Position numbers and translations under genes: made by a program. From NCBI GenBank assembly GCA_002269645.1, contig NIVC01004222.1, positions 1 through 54,222 on the forward strand: a stretch of DNA of 54,222 bases, read 5' to 3'. This DNA is from Macrostomum lignano. Lineage: Eukaryota. Numbering within the stretch: position 1 is the stretch's first letter; each line of letters begins with the position of its first letter. Under the pieces are notes generated by a model that was not told the origin of the DNA, did not search any database, and saw nothing but the letters and a program-made list of their open reading frames with translations. Positions 22,845 to 35,345 of this stretch are shown here, piece by piece.

Positions 22845-24239
22845 CGGTCTAATGGCACTGCCTACTCTATTCTTACTTATTCACTCTTATAGAGGTTTTT
22901 CTCTCTCAGTCCTGGGCGTTCCCGGGATCAGAGGGTCACAGCCTTTTTGTGCTTCTCCCTGCCCTGAGGCGACTTTCCTCGGTTCTCGCTTCCAGCAGAC
23001 TTCTGATATTCTAAGGGAAATGACTAAGTCTTTCAAACTCTGCAAATAGCGATTTAATAATAAGACTGAATTGATTGTACTCGCAAGGCTTGCAAAAGAG
23101 GCAACAGACAAAATCGTCTAAGCTCGAGTTGCTCGAGTTGCTCGGGACGAGTTGCTCTTCTCGGCCTACACTACTACACTAAATAAGTAATAAGGCACCT
23201 CAGCCATTGAACAGGCTCTTACTCCACTAGGAATGAATTAGGATCCAGGTTGGGAGTGTACTAATGTACACTAGGTTTCTAAGCTGGGCTAAAAGAGACT
23301 GTGACCATCAAGCCGAGCAGGCGACACCAGTCGGGCTGAGGGCGGGCCCTACCCCCTACCGTCGGGGCGTCGCACCACTCCAAGCACAAAACTAAACCTC
23401 CCCAGGGCTAGCAGGGGTCGAGTGAACCTCGGGGGCAGCCCGCCTTCTCATGCGATAGTGTACCTCCATATAATTTGGTCCTAAGACCTCCCCACGGCCG
23501 TGGCTACCCGGAGGAGCCTCCCCACCTACTAAACCCCACGTACTCTTTGCCAAGACAGTCTCTTATCTTTGAAGCGGCAGGAGAGCTATTCGCCGGGACT
23601 ATTTCACCCTTTGCTTCGCCAACCCGCCATTTAGATTAGGGGCCGTGCCAACGGCCTCGTCCTGGTCAGACTCAGTCCTGGTTTTGGCACACTCCAGCTT
23701 AAAGCTAGCCGTTCACCAGCAAACACTCCAAGGGAAACCGTCAGAGCATAAACTGGAACGAGTATAGGCCTGCCTTCCTATACGAGTACAGCTACCCACA
23801 GCCCCTCCTGATCGACTATTACCCTCTAACTCAGCCTACTAACTCATTACAAGCTTTCAGCCAGGCAGAGACAAGTGTCACAGGGGTACTGCGGTTCGGC
23901 GTCTCTATGCGAGACAAAACGGTCTAATGGCACTGCCTACTCTATTCTTAATATTTACTCTTATAGAGGTTTTTCTCTCTCAGTCCTGGGCGTTCCCGGG
24001 ATCAGCTAGGGTCACAGCCTTTTATGTGCTTCTCCCTGCCCTGAGGCGACTTTCCTCGGTTCTCGCTTCCAGCAGACTTCTGATATTCTAAGGGAAATGA
24101 CTAAGTCTTTCAAACTCTGCAAATAGCGATTTAATAATAAGACTGAATTGATTGTACTCGCAAGGCTTGCAGAAGAGGCAACAGACAAAATCGGCTAAGC
24201 TCGAGTTGCTCGAGTTGCTCGGGACGAGTTGCTCTTCTC
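22845..24239. repeat. Pair of ~320-bp near-identical direct repeats around a ~757-bp spacer (LTR/TRIM-like, unclassified)
   Basis: 22845-23162 vs 23920-24239 differ by only a few substitutions and indels. No TG..CA ends, PBS or TSD recognised. Confidence 0.8.
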
Positions 24240-25033
24240 CGCACCTCACTGGCCCTCTATGTATATTGCTTGCACGTATATATTTAAAACAAAATTTTAT
24301 TTCGTAAAATGTTATTTGCTTTTACAACATTTAAACAAAAGGTATAACTTAATTTCTTTTTAGCGTAAATTCAAATACACATTTTCTAAGAAAGTTCGCA
24401 AACGTAATATCTATACTGGACTGGAAGGCATTCTATATTACAAAACGAGGCACACTACATCACTAGTATTAATATAACATAACAAATACACTAGATTGAT
24501 CTAAGATCTATCTAGTCTATGTTGCTTGGACTTTAACTAAGTCTAGGTGTTGTCTAAAAATTATAAAATAGACTAAACTAATATGTCTATTTTAAAATTA
24601 TATGTAATATAGCTAAGCCCTCATCAAGTAAAATAGCATATTTAATGCCTATGACTACATGTATGTCATGTCATGATAAGATATTAAAGTAAATGTAGAT
24701 TTCTTAAATTAAAAAATTCCACTTTTTTAGTTTGTTCCATTTGCAACTTGCTTTGTTTTTAGGGCCATTCTTTGCTTCTTGTTTTGTTTTGCCTTTTCCT
24801 TTCTTCTGCATTGTAGTTGTACAAAAAGCAGATATTAAAAAATTCAATATACAGCTGTGCGCTATGAGTATAATTCTAGTATATCCTACATTTTAAACTA
24901 CATTGATAATTAATTAGCTTTGAAGACTCCATCTTAGCCTTTTACAATCCAGAGTATTTTGTAGAAACAAATGCTTCATTGACTGATTGCTGCAGCAGCC
25001 ACTGGCTGCCTTTGCCACTTTATGGCTTTACAG

Positions 25034-27248
25034 ATGACTCATTCTGTGAGCTTCGATCTGGAGGCTCCGGTCCGGAAACGCCTGCGAATGGAGGCGGCTG
25101 GAGAATTCGAACCCGGCAGTTCTCCCTTTCACTTGGAGCAGCTGCCAGAGGAGCTGCTCACGCAGATCCTGTCCGAGCTGGACCAGACCAGCCTCGGCCG
25201 GTGCGCTCAGCTGAGCAGGCGCTGGTGGCGGCTCGCGGCTGTGGCGCAAAATCCGCATTGATGGCGACGCCGTGGATGCTGGGCTGATGGAGCGGCTCAG
25301 AGACTGGCTGGGCGGCAGCGTGCGGGAGATCTCGGCCTGGGGGCTGACAGCCGAGAACCGGCTGCCACTGCTGTTGTCTGCATCCGCCAGCCTCACCTGC
25401 CTCAGCCTGCGGGAGGTGCATGGCGACGCTGCGGTGACGGAGGAGGTGCCCCGGCCTGCTGGAGCTGAGCATCACCGACTGCCAGAAGTCGTTGTCGGCC
25501 GCCTCGCTGAGCAGCCTGCTGTCCGGCTGCCCGCGCCTCTCGCTGCTGGAAATTCTCGGCAGTGCCACTGACGCGTTTGCTGACTGGCAGGACCGTTCGG
25601 TGCGCCAGCTGTTCGGTCAGTGCCGCTAGTTTTTCACTGGGCTAGTATGCAGGAACCGCCGTTCCAATCCAATACAGTCACGCTCCTGGCACCCCCGTGC
25701 ATGGGAATCTGCTTGAAGCCCCGGTGCTGCTTAGAAATGCATCAGAGCTGCTGAATTCCCCATCTCACAGCACGGGCCGCCCCACCTTTACTTTAAGGCA
25801 TTTGTCTAGAAAAGCCTGTTCTAAAGACAACTCGAAAGATAAGAAGAACGGATATCTACTGGACTTCTTTGCGCTTGCCACTCTTCTATACTAGTGCTTA
25901 CTCTAAATCCAATTCGATGGACTTGTGAAACCGCCCGGGACTCAACCCATACTGGATTTACTTTATCTTCTTAAGTTCAGACAGGCTTTCAAACAAATTT
26001 CCATAGAATTATTGAATAGCTTGACTGCCGGTGGTCCTTTATTCAATGCCCTCGCTGAACTCGCCACTCTCCAGAGTTGCCCCGCGTGCTGAGCATCGCG
26101 CCGAACCTGACGGAGCTGCGAGTGACAAGTTGCGGCAACACCTTCGACCTCGAGCCCGACCGGCACCCTGCGCCCGTGCCCGGCCTGAGGCACCTGAGCC
26201 TTGACTGCGAGGGGTCACGTGACGAGAATACGGAGATAGCATTGTGGCTGCTGCCCAGCCTGCCCTCACTTGAGAGTCTGCGTTTGGTGTCTTACCAAGC
26301 CTCAGAAAAGCACTTCCGCCAGATCCTCCGCTGCCTGCCTGCCGGCCTTGCGGACCTGAAGTTAAGATTCACGGAAATCGGTGCTCGTTCGGAGCTGGGC
26401 AGAGCGGTCCGCTGCCGCTAGGGCTTCAGCGGCTGCAGCTCACGGGGTCGTTCTTTGATGCGCCATGGAGCTTTCGGTTGTCTGGCGCTCTCAGCGGCTG
26501 TCCAGGTGAGTCCCGCTCACCTTGCCGCTCCTTTGGTAGATACCTGGATTGATGCTCAGACTGCTGCTCTCCCAGATGCTCAGACTGCTCCTCTCCCAGA
26601 TGCTCAGACTGCTGCTCTCCCAGATGCTCAGACTGCTCCTCTCCCAGATGCTCAGACTGCTCCTCTCCCAGATGCCCAGACTGCTGCTCTCCCAGATGCT
26701 CAGACTGCTGACTGCTGTCCCAGATGCTCAGACTGCTGCTCTCCAAGATGCTCAGACTGCTGACTGCTCTCCCAGATGCTCACACTGACAGCTATAAATT
26801 CCATTTAACTGCAGCGTTGACCCATGTTGAGCTGGAGGCGGGCATTGACGACCTGCTGCCGGCTCTGCTCTCCCGGCTGCCCCACCTGCGCTGCCTCCAC
26901 ATCCACAACTGCAGCCTCCTGACTCGCCAGGCCTGGGCGAATCTGCAAAGCCTCGCAGCCTGGCCACTCGATCTGATGGAGTTCCGGGCCCTCGGTTGCG
27001 CTGGCTCCAGCCTCACTGATGATGCGATGGCCGACCTGTGCGCCAGTCCGGTTGCCAGGGGACTGCGGCGGCTCCGCCTGTCCGACTGCAGCCAGTGGAC
27101 TGCCGCCGCCCTCGCCAGCATCGCCAGCGGCTGCCCGTGGCTCACTGAGCTCCAGCTGGAGGGCTTCAGGCGAGTCCCCCGCGATGAGCGCATCGAGGCG
27201 GCCTTCGAGCTGAGCATCGACTTGACTGCTTTCTGGCTGCAACCGTAG
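25034..27248 (+). pseudogene. F-box/LRR unit A (type I), disabled
   Basis: Exons 25034-25615, 26075-26505, 26815-27248. F-box LEQLPEELLTQILSELDQTSLGRCAQLSRRW followed by LRRs. Lesions: 11-nt deletion after the F-box, net -8 near 25445, 129-nt deletion near 25611, and +5 insertion near 26400. Confidence 0.85.
26550..26780. repeat. 24-bp minisatellite (CCCAGATGCTCAGACTGCTGCTCT) in intron 2 of unit A
   Basis: The same repeat occurs at 29555-29735 and 48105-49020. Confidence 0.9.
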
Positions 27249-27249
27249 C

Positions 27250-27600
27250 AACTCCCAGCTCTGCAACTGACTCCCTTCAGCTCTGCAACTGCCTCCCTTC
27301 AGCTCTGCAACTGCCTCCCTTCAGCTCTGCAACTGCCTCCCTTCAGCTCTGCAACTGCTCTGCAACTTCAGCTCTGCAACTGCCTCCCTTCAGCTCTGCA
27401 ACTGCCTCCCTTCAGCTCTGCAACTGCCTCCTTTCAGATCTGCAACTGCCTCCCTTCAGCTCTGCAACTGCCTCCCTTCAGCTCTGCAACTACCTCCCTT
27501 CAGCTCTGCAACTGCCTTCCTTCAGCTCTGCAACTGCCTCCCTTCAGCTCTGCAACTGCCTCCCTTCAGCTCTGCAAGTGCCTCCCTTCAGCTCTGCAAC
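27250..27600. repeat. 22-bp minisatellite (TCAGCTCTGCAACTGCCTCCCT) after the stop of unit A
   Basis: The same repeat follows units B (30210-30535) and F (49490-49745). Confidence 0.9.
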
Positions 27601-27997
27601 TTTTTCACAACTTGGACCAGCAAAATGTGTAAATTTGTTTTTTTTATCTAAAGAAGCTGCATTCCCCAATAAGGGACTTGTTTTCAAAAATGCGCACTGT
27701 TGTGCCCCATGAGCAGAGTGAGCAGTTTCAAAATAGTATTGCTGACGCAACCCCCTAATCTTATATTTACTTCAAGTAACATGTTAACCTGTTTACTTGT
27801 AAACCTGTTGTGGTGAGCCAACCACCAATTAGAAATAATGATAGGAAATCAATGCACTTTCTCGATGTGGCAGTATTTGATGCGTGCGCAGCGTTATTGC
27901 AGTTCTTGATCAATTTTTTTCATTTTTGTTGCTTCTTGACAACAGGAGGCGGTTGCTTCTGCCTGTTTCTTCAAATATTCTGTTTTCTTTGTTACAG

Positions 27998-30206
27998 CTG
28001 GAGCAGCTACCAGAGGAGCTGCTCACGCAGATCCTGTCCGAGCTGGACCAGACCAGCCTCGGCCGGTGCGCTCAGCTGAGCAGGCGCTGGCGGCGGCTCG
28101 CCACGCAGCCGCGGCTGTGGCGCAAAATCCGCATTGACGGCCGCACCGCAGATGCCGAGCTGATGGAGCGGCTCAGAGACTGGCTGGGCGGCAGCGTGCG
28201 GGAGATCTCAGCCTGGGGGCTGACAGCCGAGAACCGGCTGCCACTGCTGTTGTCTGCATCCGCCAGCCTCACCTGCCTCAGCCTGCGGGAGGTGCATGGC
28301 GACGCTGCGGTGACGGAGGAGGTGCCCCGGCCTGCTGGAGCTGAGCATCACCGACTGCCAGAAGTCGTTGTCGGCCGCCTCGCTGAGCAGCCTGCTGTCC
28401 GGCTGCCCGCGCCTCTCGCTGCTGGAAATTCTCGGCAGTGCCACTGACGCGTTTGCTGACTGGCAGGACCGTTCGGTGCGCCAGCTGTTCGTTGAGCTCA
28501 TCGGCCGCCTCACGGCGCTGCACCTGCCGGACATCGATGCTTCTGAGCTCCTTGCTGATCTGACAGAGTGTCCCCGGCTCTCCGTGTTGTCGGTGGGGCT
28601 GTCAGCCAGCCGCGGCTTCGGTCAGTGCCGCTAGTTTTTCACTGGGCTAGTATGCAGGAACCGCCGTTCCAATCCAATACAGTCACGCTCCTGGCACCCC
28701 CGTGCATGGGAATCTGCTTGAAGCCCCGGTGCTGCTTAGAAATGCATCAGAGCTGCTGAATTCCCCATCTCACAGCACGGGCCGCCCCACCTTTACTTTA
28801 AGGCATTTGTCTAGAAAAGCCTGTTCTAAAGACAACTCGAAAGATAAGAAGAACGGATATCTACTGGACTTCTTTGCGCTTGCCACTCTTCTATACTAGT
28901 GCTTACTCTAAATCCAATTCGATGGACTTGTGAAACCGCCCGGGACTCAACCCATACTGGATTTACTTTATCTTCTTAAGTTCAGACAGGCTTTCAAACA
29001 AATTTCCATAGAATTATTGAATAGCTTGACTGCCGGTGGTCCTTTATTCAATGCCCTCGCTGAACTCGCCACTCTCCAGAGTTGCCCCGCGTGCTGAGCA
29101 TCGCGCCGAACCTGACGGAGCTGCGAGTGACAAGTTGCGGCAACACCTTCGACCTCGAGCCCGACCGGCACCCTGCGCCCGTGCCCGGCCTGAGGCACCT
29201 GAGCCTTGACTGCGAGGGGTCACGTGACGAGAATACGGAGATAGCATTGTGGCTGCTGCCCAGCCTGCCCTCACTTGAGAGTCTGCGTTTGGTGTCTTAC
29301 CAAGCCTCAGAAAAGCACTTCCGCCAGATCCTCCGCTGCCTGCCTGCCGGCCTTGCGGACCTGAAGTTAAGATTCACGGAAATCGGTGCTCGTTCGGAGC
29401 TGGGCAGAGCGGTCCGCTGCCGCTAGGGCTTCAGCGGCTGCAGCTCACGGGGTCGTTCTTTGATGCGCCATGGAGCTTTCGGTTGTCTGGCGCTCTCAGC
29501 GGCTGTCCAGGTGAGTCCCGCTCACCTTGCCGCTCCTTTGGTAGATACCTGGATTGATGCTCAGACTGCTGCTCTCCCAGATGCTCAGACTGCTCCTCTC
29601 CCAGATGCCCAGACTGCTGCTCTCCCAGATGCTCAGACTGCTGACTGCTGTCCCAGATGCTCAGACTGCTGACTGCTGTCCCAGATGCTCAGACTGCTGC
29701 TCTCCAAGATGCTCAGACTGACTGCTCTCCCAGATGCTCACACTGACAGCTATAAATTCCATTTAACTGCAGCGTTGACCCATGTTGAGCTGGAGGCGGG
29801 CATTGACGACCTGCTGCCGGCTCTGCTCTCCCGGCTGTCCCACCTGCGCTGCCTCCACATCCACAACTGCAGCCTCCTGACTCGCCAGGCCTGGGCGAAT
29901 CTGCAAAGCCTCGCAGCCTGGCCACTCGATCTGATGGAGTTCCGGGCCCTCGGTTGCGCTGGCTCCAGCCTCACTGATGATGCGATGGCCGACCTGTGCG
30001 CCAGTCCGGTTGCCAGGGGACTGCGGCGGCTCCGCCTGTCCGACTGCAGCCAGTGGACTGCCGCCGCCCTCGCCAGCATCGCCAGCAGCTGTCTGTGGCT
30101 CACTGAGCTCCAGCTGGAGGGCTTCAGGCGAGTCCCCCGCGATGAGCGCATCGAGGCGGCCTTCGAGCTGAGCATCGACTTGACTGCTTTCTGGCTGCAA
30201 CCGTAG
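27998..30206 (+). pseudogene. F-box/LRR unit B (chimera: type II 5' end, type I body), disabled
   Basis: Exons 27998-28620, 29080-29510, 29773-30206. The 5' flank and F-box are identical to unit C; the body is nearly identical to unit A, including the -8 and +5 frameshifts. Confidence 0.85.
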
Positions 30207-30930
30207 CAACTCCCAGCTCTGCAACTGCCTCCCTTCAGCTCTGCAACTGCCTCCCTTCAGCTCTGCAACTGCCTCCCTTCAGCTCTGCAACTGCCTCCCT
30301 TCAGCTCTGCAACTGCCTCCCTTCAGCTCTGCAACTGCCTCCTTTCAGATCTGCAACTGCCTCCCTTCAGCTCTGCAACTGCCTCCCTTCAGCTCTGCAA
30401 CTGCCTTCCTTCAGCTCTGCAACTGCCTTCCTTCAGCTCTGCAACTGCCTCCCTTCAGCTCTGCAACTGCCTCCCTTCAGCTCTGCAACTGCCTCCCTTC
30501 AGCTCTGCAAGTGCCTCCCTTCAGCTCTGCAACTTTTTCACAACTTGGACCAGCAAAATGTGTAAATTTGTTTTTTTTATCTAAAGAAGCTGCATTCCCC
30601 AATAAGGGACTTGTTTTCAAAAATGCGCACTGTTGTGCCCCATGAGCAGAGTGAGCAGTTTCAAAATAGTATTGCTGACGCAACCCCCTAATCTTATATT
30701 TACTTCAAGTAACATGTTAACCTGTTTACTTGTAAACCTGTTGTGGTGAGCCAACCACCAATTAGAAATAATGATAGGAAATCAATGCACTTTCTCGATG
30801 TGGCAGTATTTGATGCGTGCGCAGCGTTATTGCAGTTCTTGATCAATTTTTTTCATTTTTGTTGCTTCTTGACAACAGGAGGCGGTTGCTTCTGCCTGTT
30901 TCTTCAAATATTCTGTTTTCTTTGTTACAG

Positions 30931-32748
30931 CTGGAGCAGCTACCAGAGGAGCTGCTCACGCAGATCCTGTCCGAGCTGGACCAGACCAGCCTCGGCCGGT
31001 GCGCTCAGCTGAGCAGGCGCTGGCGGCGGCTCGCCACGCAGCCGCGGCTGTGGCGCAAAATCCGCATTGACGGCCGCACCGCAGATGCCGAGCTGATGGA
31101 GCGGCTCAGAGACTGGCTGGGCGGCAGCGTGCGGGAGATCTCGGCCTGCGGGCTGACAGCCGAGCAGCGGCTGCCACTGCTTGTGGCCGCATCCGCCAGC
31201 CTCACCTGCCTCAGCCTGCGGGACATGGATCAACCACCCGCCCAGCTGGCCGTGACGGAGGCGGGCCGCAGCTGCCCCGGCCTGCTGGAGCTGCGCCTCG
31301 TTGATTGTCGAAACGGCCTGTCTGACGAGTCTCTAAGCTGCCTGCTGACCGGCTGCCCGCGCCTCTCGCTGCTGCAGATGGACAGCCGAACAGCCGCCTG
31401 CGATGCGGTCGGGTGGAGCTGCAGCCAGCAGCTGTTGGCTGAGCAGGTCTGCCGCCTCGCCAGCCTGTCAGTGAGAAGCTGGAGCAGCGCTGCTCCGATG
31501 CTCCGAGACCTGCCCGAGTGTCCGCTGCTCACCAGCTTCGCCACCTGCGGCGCTGAGCTGTCCAGTGAGTCTTTCAGGGGTTTCTGAGACCTGTTTGACG
31601 GACTTTACCTGAACTTCCATCGCTCCTAAAGATTTGCTGACTCCGCTGTCCCGGATGCCGGAGCTGACCGACCTGCGGCTTCGGTGCCGGAACTGGTGCC
31701 GCTCAGCAAGCGACCTGCAGCTGCTAGGCGGCGCGGCCCGGCTTCGCTGCCTCCGCATCGACAGCCGCTTTGTGGACGCCGCCTCGGTGCCTCCGCTGCT
31801 GGCCCGCATGCCGCAGCTGCGAAGCTTCCGGCTGAAGTCGTCAGCCAGGGTCTTCGTGTTGGACTGCCATGCCTGCGCGATCCTGCGAGCCCTGCCGGCG
31901 GGTCTGACAGACCTGGGCCTGAGCTTTGAGCACGCGGATTGGAGCTGCCGAGCCGGCGTCGGCCCACCTGCTGTGCTGCCGCCGAACCTGCGGCGGCTGC
32001 GGCTGGAGGGACTCCCGCCACGTGCGGATCAGCTGCGCCTGATGGAGCTGCTGGCCAGCTGCCCAGGTGAGCGGGTCTGTTGCTGGTGGCTGCTAAGGTG
32101 AGCGGGTCTGTTGCTGGTGGCTGCTAAGGTGAGCGGGTCTGTTGCTGGTGGCTGCTAAGGTGAGCGGGTCTGTTGCTGGTGGCTGCTAAGGTGAGCGGGT
32201 CTGTTGCTGGTGGCTGCTAAGGTGAGCGGGTCTGTTGCTGGTGTGGGCTGGTGGCTGCTCATGCATGTTAGGAACCAGTCATAACCTGCTCATATCTGCA
32301 GGCCTGACTTTTTTTAACCCTGGACTTCTGCACTGACGACCTGCTGCCGGCTCTGCTCTCCCGGCTGCCCCCCCTGCGCTGTCTCCACCTCACCGACTGC
32401 AGCCGCCTGACCCGCCAGGCCTGGGCGAATCTGCGACGTCTGCAGAGCCTCGGAGCTGCCACCCCCGACCTGCACGAGCTGCGTGCTCACAGGTGCAGCA
32501 GGCGCAGCCTCACTGATGAGGCGGTGGCCGACCTGTGCGCCAGTCCGGTTGCCAGGGGCCTGCGGCGCCTCAGCCTGTCATTTGACTGCAGCCAGCTGAC
32601 CGCCGCCTCGCTGGCCAGCATCGCCAGCGGCTGCCCGCTGCTGACCCGCCTGGTCCTGGCCGGGAGCGGCTTCGGGCAGGCCGACCTGCAGGCTTTCCGG
32701 CTGTCTTTTGAGCACTGCGTGACGGTGACGAATCACGGGCCCCTGTGA
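30931..32748 (+). CDS. F-box/LRR-repeat protein, unit C (type II)
   Basis: Exons 30931-31564, 31632-32066, 32302-32748 with GT-AG phase-1 introns. Open except for one extra T in a T7 run at about 32310 (possible sequencing error). No in-frame upstream ATG; it begins at a phase-0 acceptor TTACAG|CTG. Confidence 0.75.
32066..32242. repeat. 31-bp minisatellite carrying repeated donor motif AG|GTGAGC (unit C intron 2)
   Basis: About 6 copies of GGTGAGCGGGTCTGTTGCTGGTGGCTGCTAA starting at the true donor. Confidence 0.9.
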
Positions 32749-32891
32749 ACTCATTTTGTTAGCAACTTCTTCACCAGCTTGCCGGCTCCAATATGGCTGT
32801 TTTTATGATTCTATTGTTGGCACTGAGCTGCCGCTTCCTGGCTTTGCTGCTCATTTTACTCTGTAAAGCTCAGATTTTTAATTTGTAGCGA

Positions 32892-33035
32892 CAGTGGGCA
32901 GTGGGTGACTGATGAGGTGGGCAGTGGGTGACTGATGAGGTGGGCAGTGGGTGACTGATGAGGTGGGCAGTGGGTGACTGATGAGGTGGGCTGTGGGTGA
33001 CTGATGAGGTGGGTAGTGGGTGACTCATGAGGGTG
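32892..33035. repeat. 23-bp minisatellite between units C and D
   Basis: Tandem GTGGGCAGTGGGTGACTGATGAG. Confidence 0.9.
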
Positions 33036-33444
33036 ACTCGCAATCAAAATTTCATTATTCGTCACATTTTTTATGTAAACTGTCATTGCGGACTGCCTTT
33101 CAAGTCTCTGTTTTTTGTTGTTGAACTTTTTATCAATAAAATAAACTTGCTCAGAGTGTCCTATGAGAACAACAAAGATCCTGCATGTTTTTTTTTTATT
33201 CTCAGAGCAGGCGATGCTCGAAATTGTGTTTGATTTCCTGCTTTGAGCTCGCAGAGACTGGAGAGCAGCTTCACCATTTCAGCCGCACCATGGCGGAGGC
33301 CTGCGCGAGTCAAGAGCGTCCGGCGCCGAAGTCTCTGCGGCTGGAGGCGGCTGAGGCGGCCGGTGAAGACGAGCGGGAGACCTAGGAGTCCGCGCTGAGT
33401 GTGAGCTGCGACCTGATGTGGGACCTGGGCTGAGTGTGAGCTGA

Positions 33445-34618
33445 GTGAAGCTTCCAGTCCCATCCTGAAGCTCCAGTCCCATCCTGAAGCTTCCAGTCCC
33501 ATCCTGAAGCTTCCAGTCCCATTATGAAGCTTCCAGTCCCATCCTGAAGCTTCCAGTCCCATCCTGAAGCTCCAGTCCCATCCTGAAGCTTCCAGTCCCA
33601 TCCTGAAGCTCCAGTCCCATCCTGAAGCTTCCAGTCCCATATTGAAATTTCAGTCCCATCCTGAAGCTTCCAGTCCCATCCTGAAGCTTCCAGTCCCATC
33701 TTGAAGCTTCCAGTCCCATATTGAAATTCCAGTCCCATATTGAAATTCCAGTCCCATCCTGAAGCTCCAGTCCCATCCTGAAGCTTCCAGTCCCATCCTG
33801 AAGCTCCAGTCCCATCCTGAAGCTTCCAGTCCTATATTGAAATTTCAGTCCCATCCTGAAGCTTCCAGTCCCATCTTGAAGCTTCCAATCCCAACCTGAA
33901 GCTCCAGCACCCATATTGAAATTCCAGTCCCATCCTGAAGCTCCAGTCCCATCCTGAAGCTCCAGTCCCATCCTGAAGCTCCAGTCCCATCCTGAAGCTC
34001 CAGTCCCATCCTGAAGCTCCAGTCCCATCCTGAAGCTCCAGTCCCATCCTGAAGCTCCAGTCCCATCCTGAAGCTCCAGTCCCATCCTGAAGCTCCAGTC
34101 CCATCCTGAAGCTCCAGCACCCATATTGAAATTCCAGTCCCATCCTGAAGCTTCCAGTCCCATCCTGAAGCTCCAGTCCCATCCTGAAGCTTCCAGTCCC
34201 ATCCTGAAGCTCCAGTCCCATCCTGAAGCTTCCAGTCCCATCCTGAAGCTCCAGTCCCATCCTGAAGCTTCCAGTCCCATCCTGAAGCTCCAGTCCCATC
34301 CTGAAGCTTCCAGTCCTATATTGAAATTTCAGTCCCATCCTGAAGCTTCCAGTCCCATCTTGAAGCTTCCAATCCCAACCTGAAGCTCCAGCACCCATAT
34401 TGAAATTCCAGTCCCATCCTGAAGCTCCAGTCCCATCCTGAAGCTCCAGTCCCATCCTGAAGCTCCAGTCCCATCCTGAAGCTCCAGTCCCATCCTGAAG
34501 CTCCAGTCCCATCCTGAAGCTCCAGTCCCATCCTGAAGCTCCAGTCCCATCCTGAAGCTCCAGTCCCATCCTGAAGCTCCAGTCCCATCCTGAAGCTCCA
34601 GTCCCATCCTGAAGCCGA
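33445..34618. repeat. 19/20-bp minisatellite (CTCCAGTCCCATCCTGAAG)
   Basis: About 1.17-kb tandem array with an internally duplicated block of variant units. Confidence 0.95.
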
Positions 34619-35064
34619 AGCTGTTGGTCTCCTCATTCACAAGAACTGCGCGAGCTGCTGCGTCGGCTGCCCCGCCTGTCCGAGCTGACGATGAACCAGA
34701 AATTTTCGGACAGCCTGGCCGCTGTGCTGGCAGACGGCTGCGGCGGCCGCCTCCACTCCCGTGCCGGTTCCTGGTGCATGAAGCTGAGCGGCCCTGCTCG
34801 ACCGTAGCCCGCTGCTCTGGCGGCTACGGCTGACCTCCTGCAGTGCGCTGGACGCCGCGGGCTGCCGCCTGGTTGTCTCCCGCCTGTCGCAGGGCCTTCA
34901 GGAGCTGGAGCTGAAGGATGCGCTGTGTGACGGCCTGGACAGAGCGCTGCCGCTGAGTCTGCGCCTGCTGCAGCTGGCCGGCCACCCCTGCAGCAAAACT
35001 ACAAAACTGCAGCTGACCGGCCTGAGTGCCTGCTCGGGTGAGCTGCCTGAGCTCGGGAGGCGAT

Positions 35065-35345
35065 TGGGATTGGGGATGAGAGCTTGGGGAGATGAGAGCT
35101 TGGGGAGATGAGATGTTGGAGAGATGAGAGGTTGGGGAGATGAGATGTTTTGGAGATGAGAGAGGTTGGGGAGATGAGAGGTGGGGGAGATAAGAGGTTG
35201 GGAAGATGAGGTTGGGGAGATGAGAGGTTGGGGAGATGAGAAGTTGGGAAGATGAGAAGTTGGGGAAATGAGAGGTTGGAGGAGATGAGAGGTTGGGGTA
35301 GATGAGAGGTTGGAGAGATGGGAGAGCTTGGGGAGATGAGACAAA
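35065..35345. repeat. 16-bp purine-rich minisatellite in unit D intron
   Basis: Tandem GAGAGGTTGGGGAGAT. Confidence 0.9.

Noticed and set aside
33161-34640. Long ORFs such as MGLELQDGTGASGWDWSFR repeats
   Set aside because: Translations of a 19/20-bp minisatellite; the frames shift with unit length.
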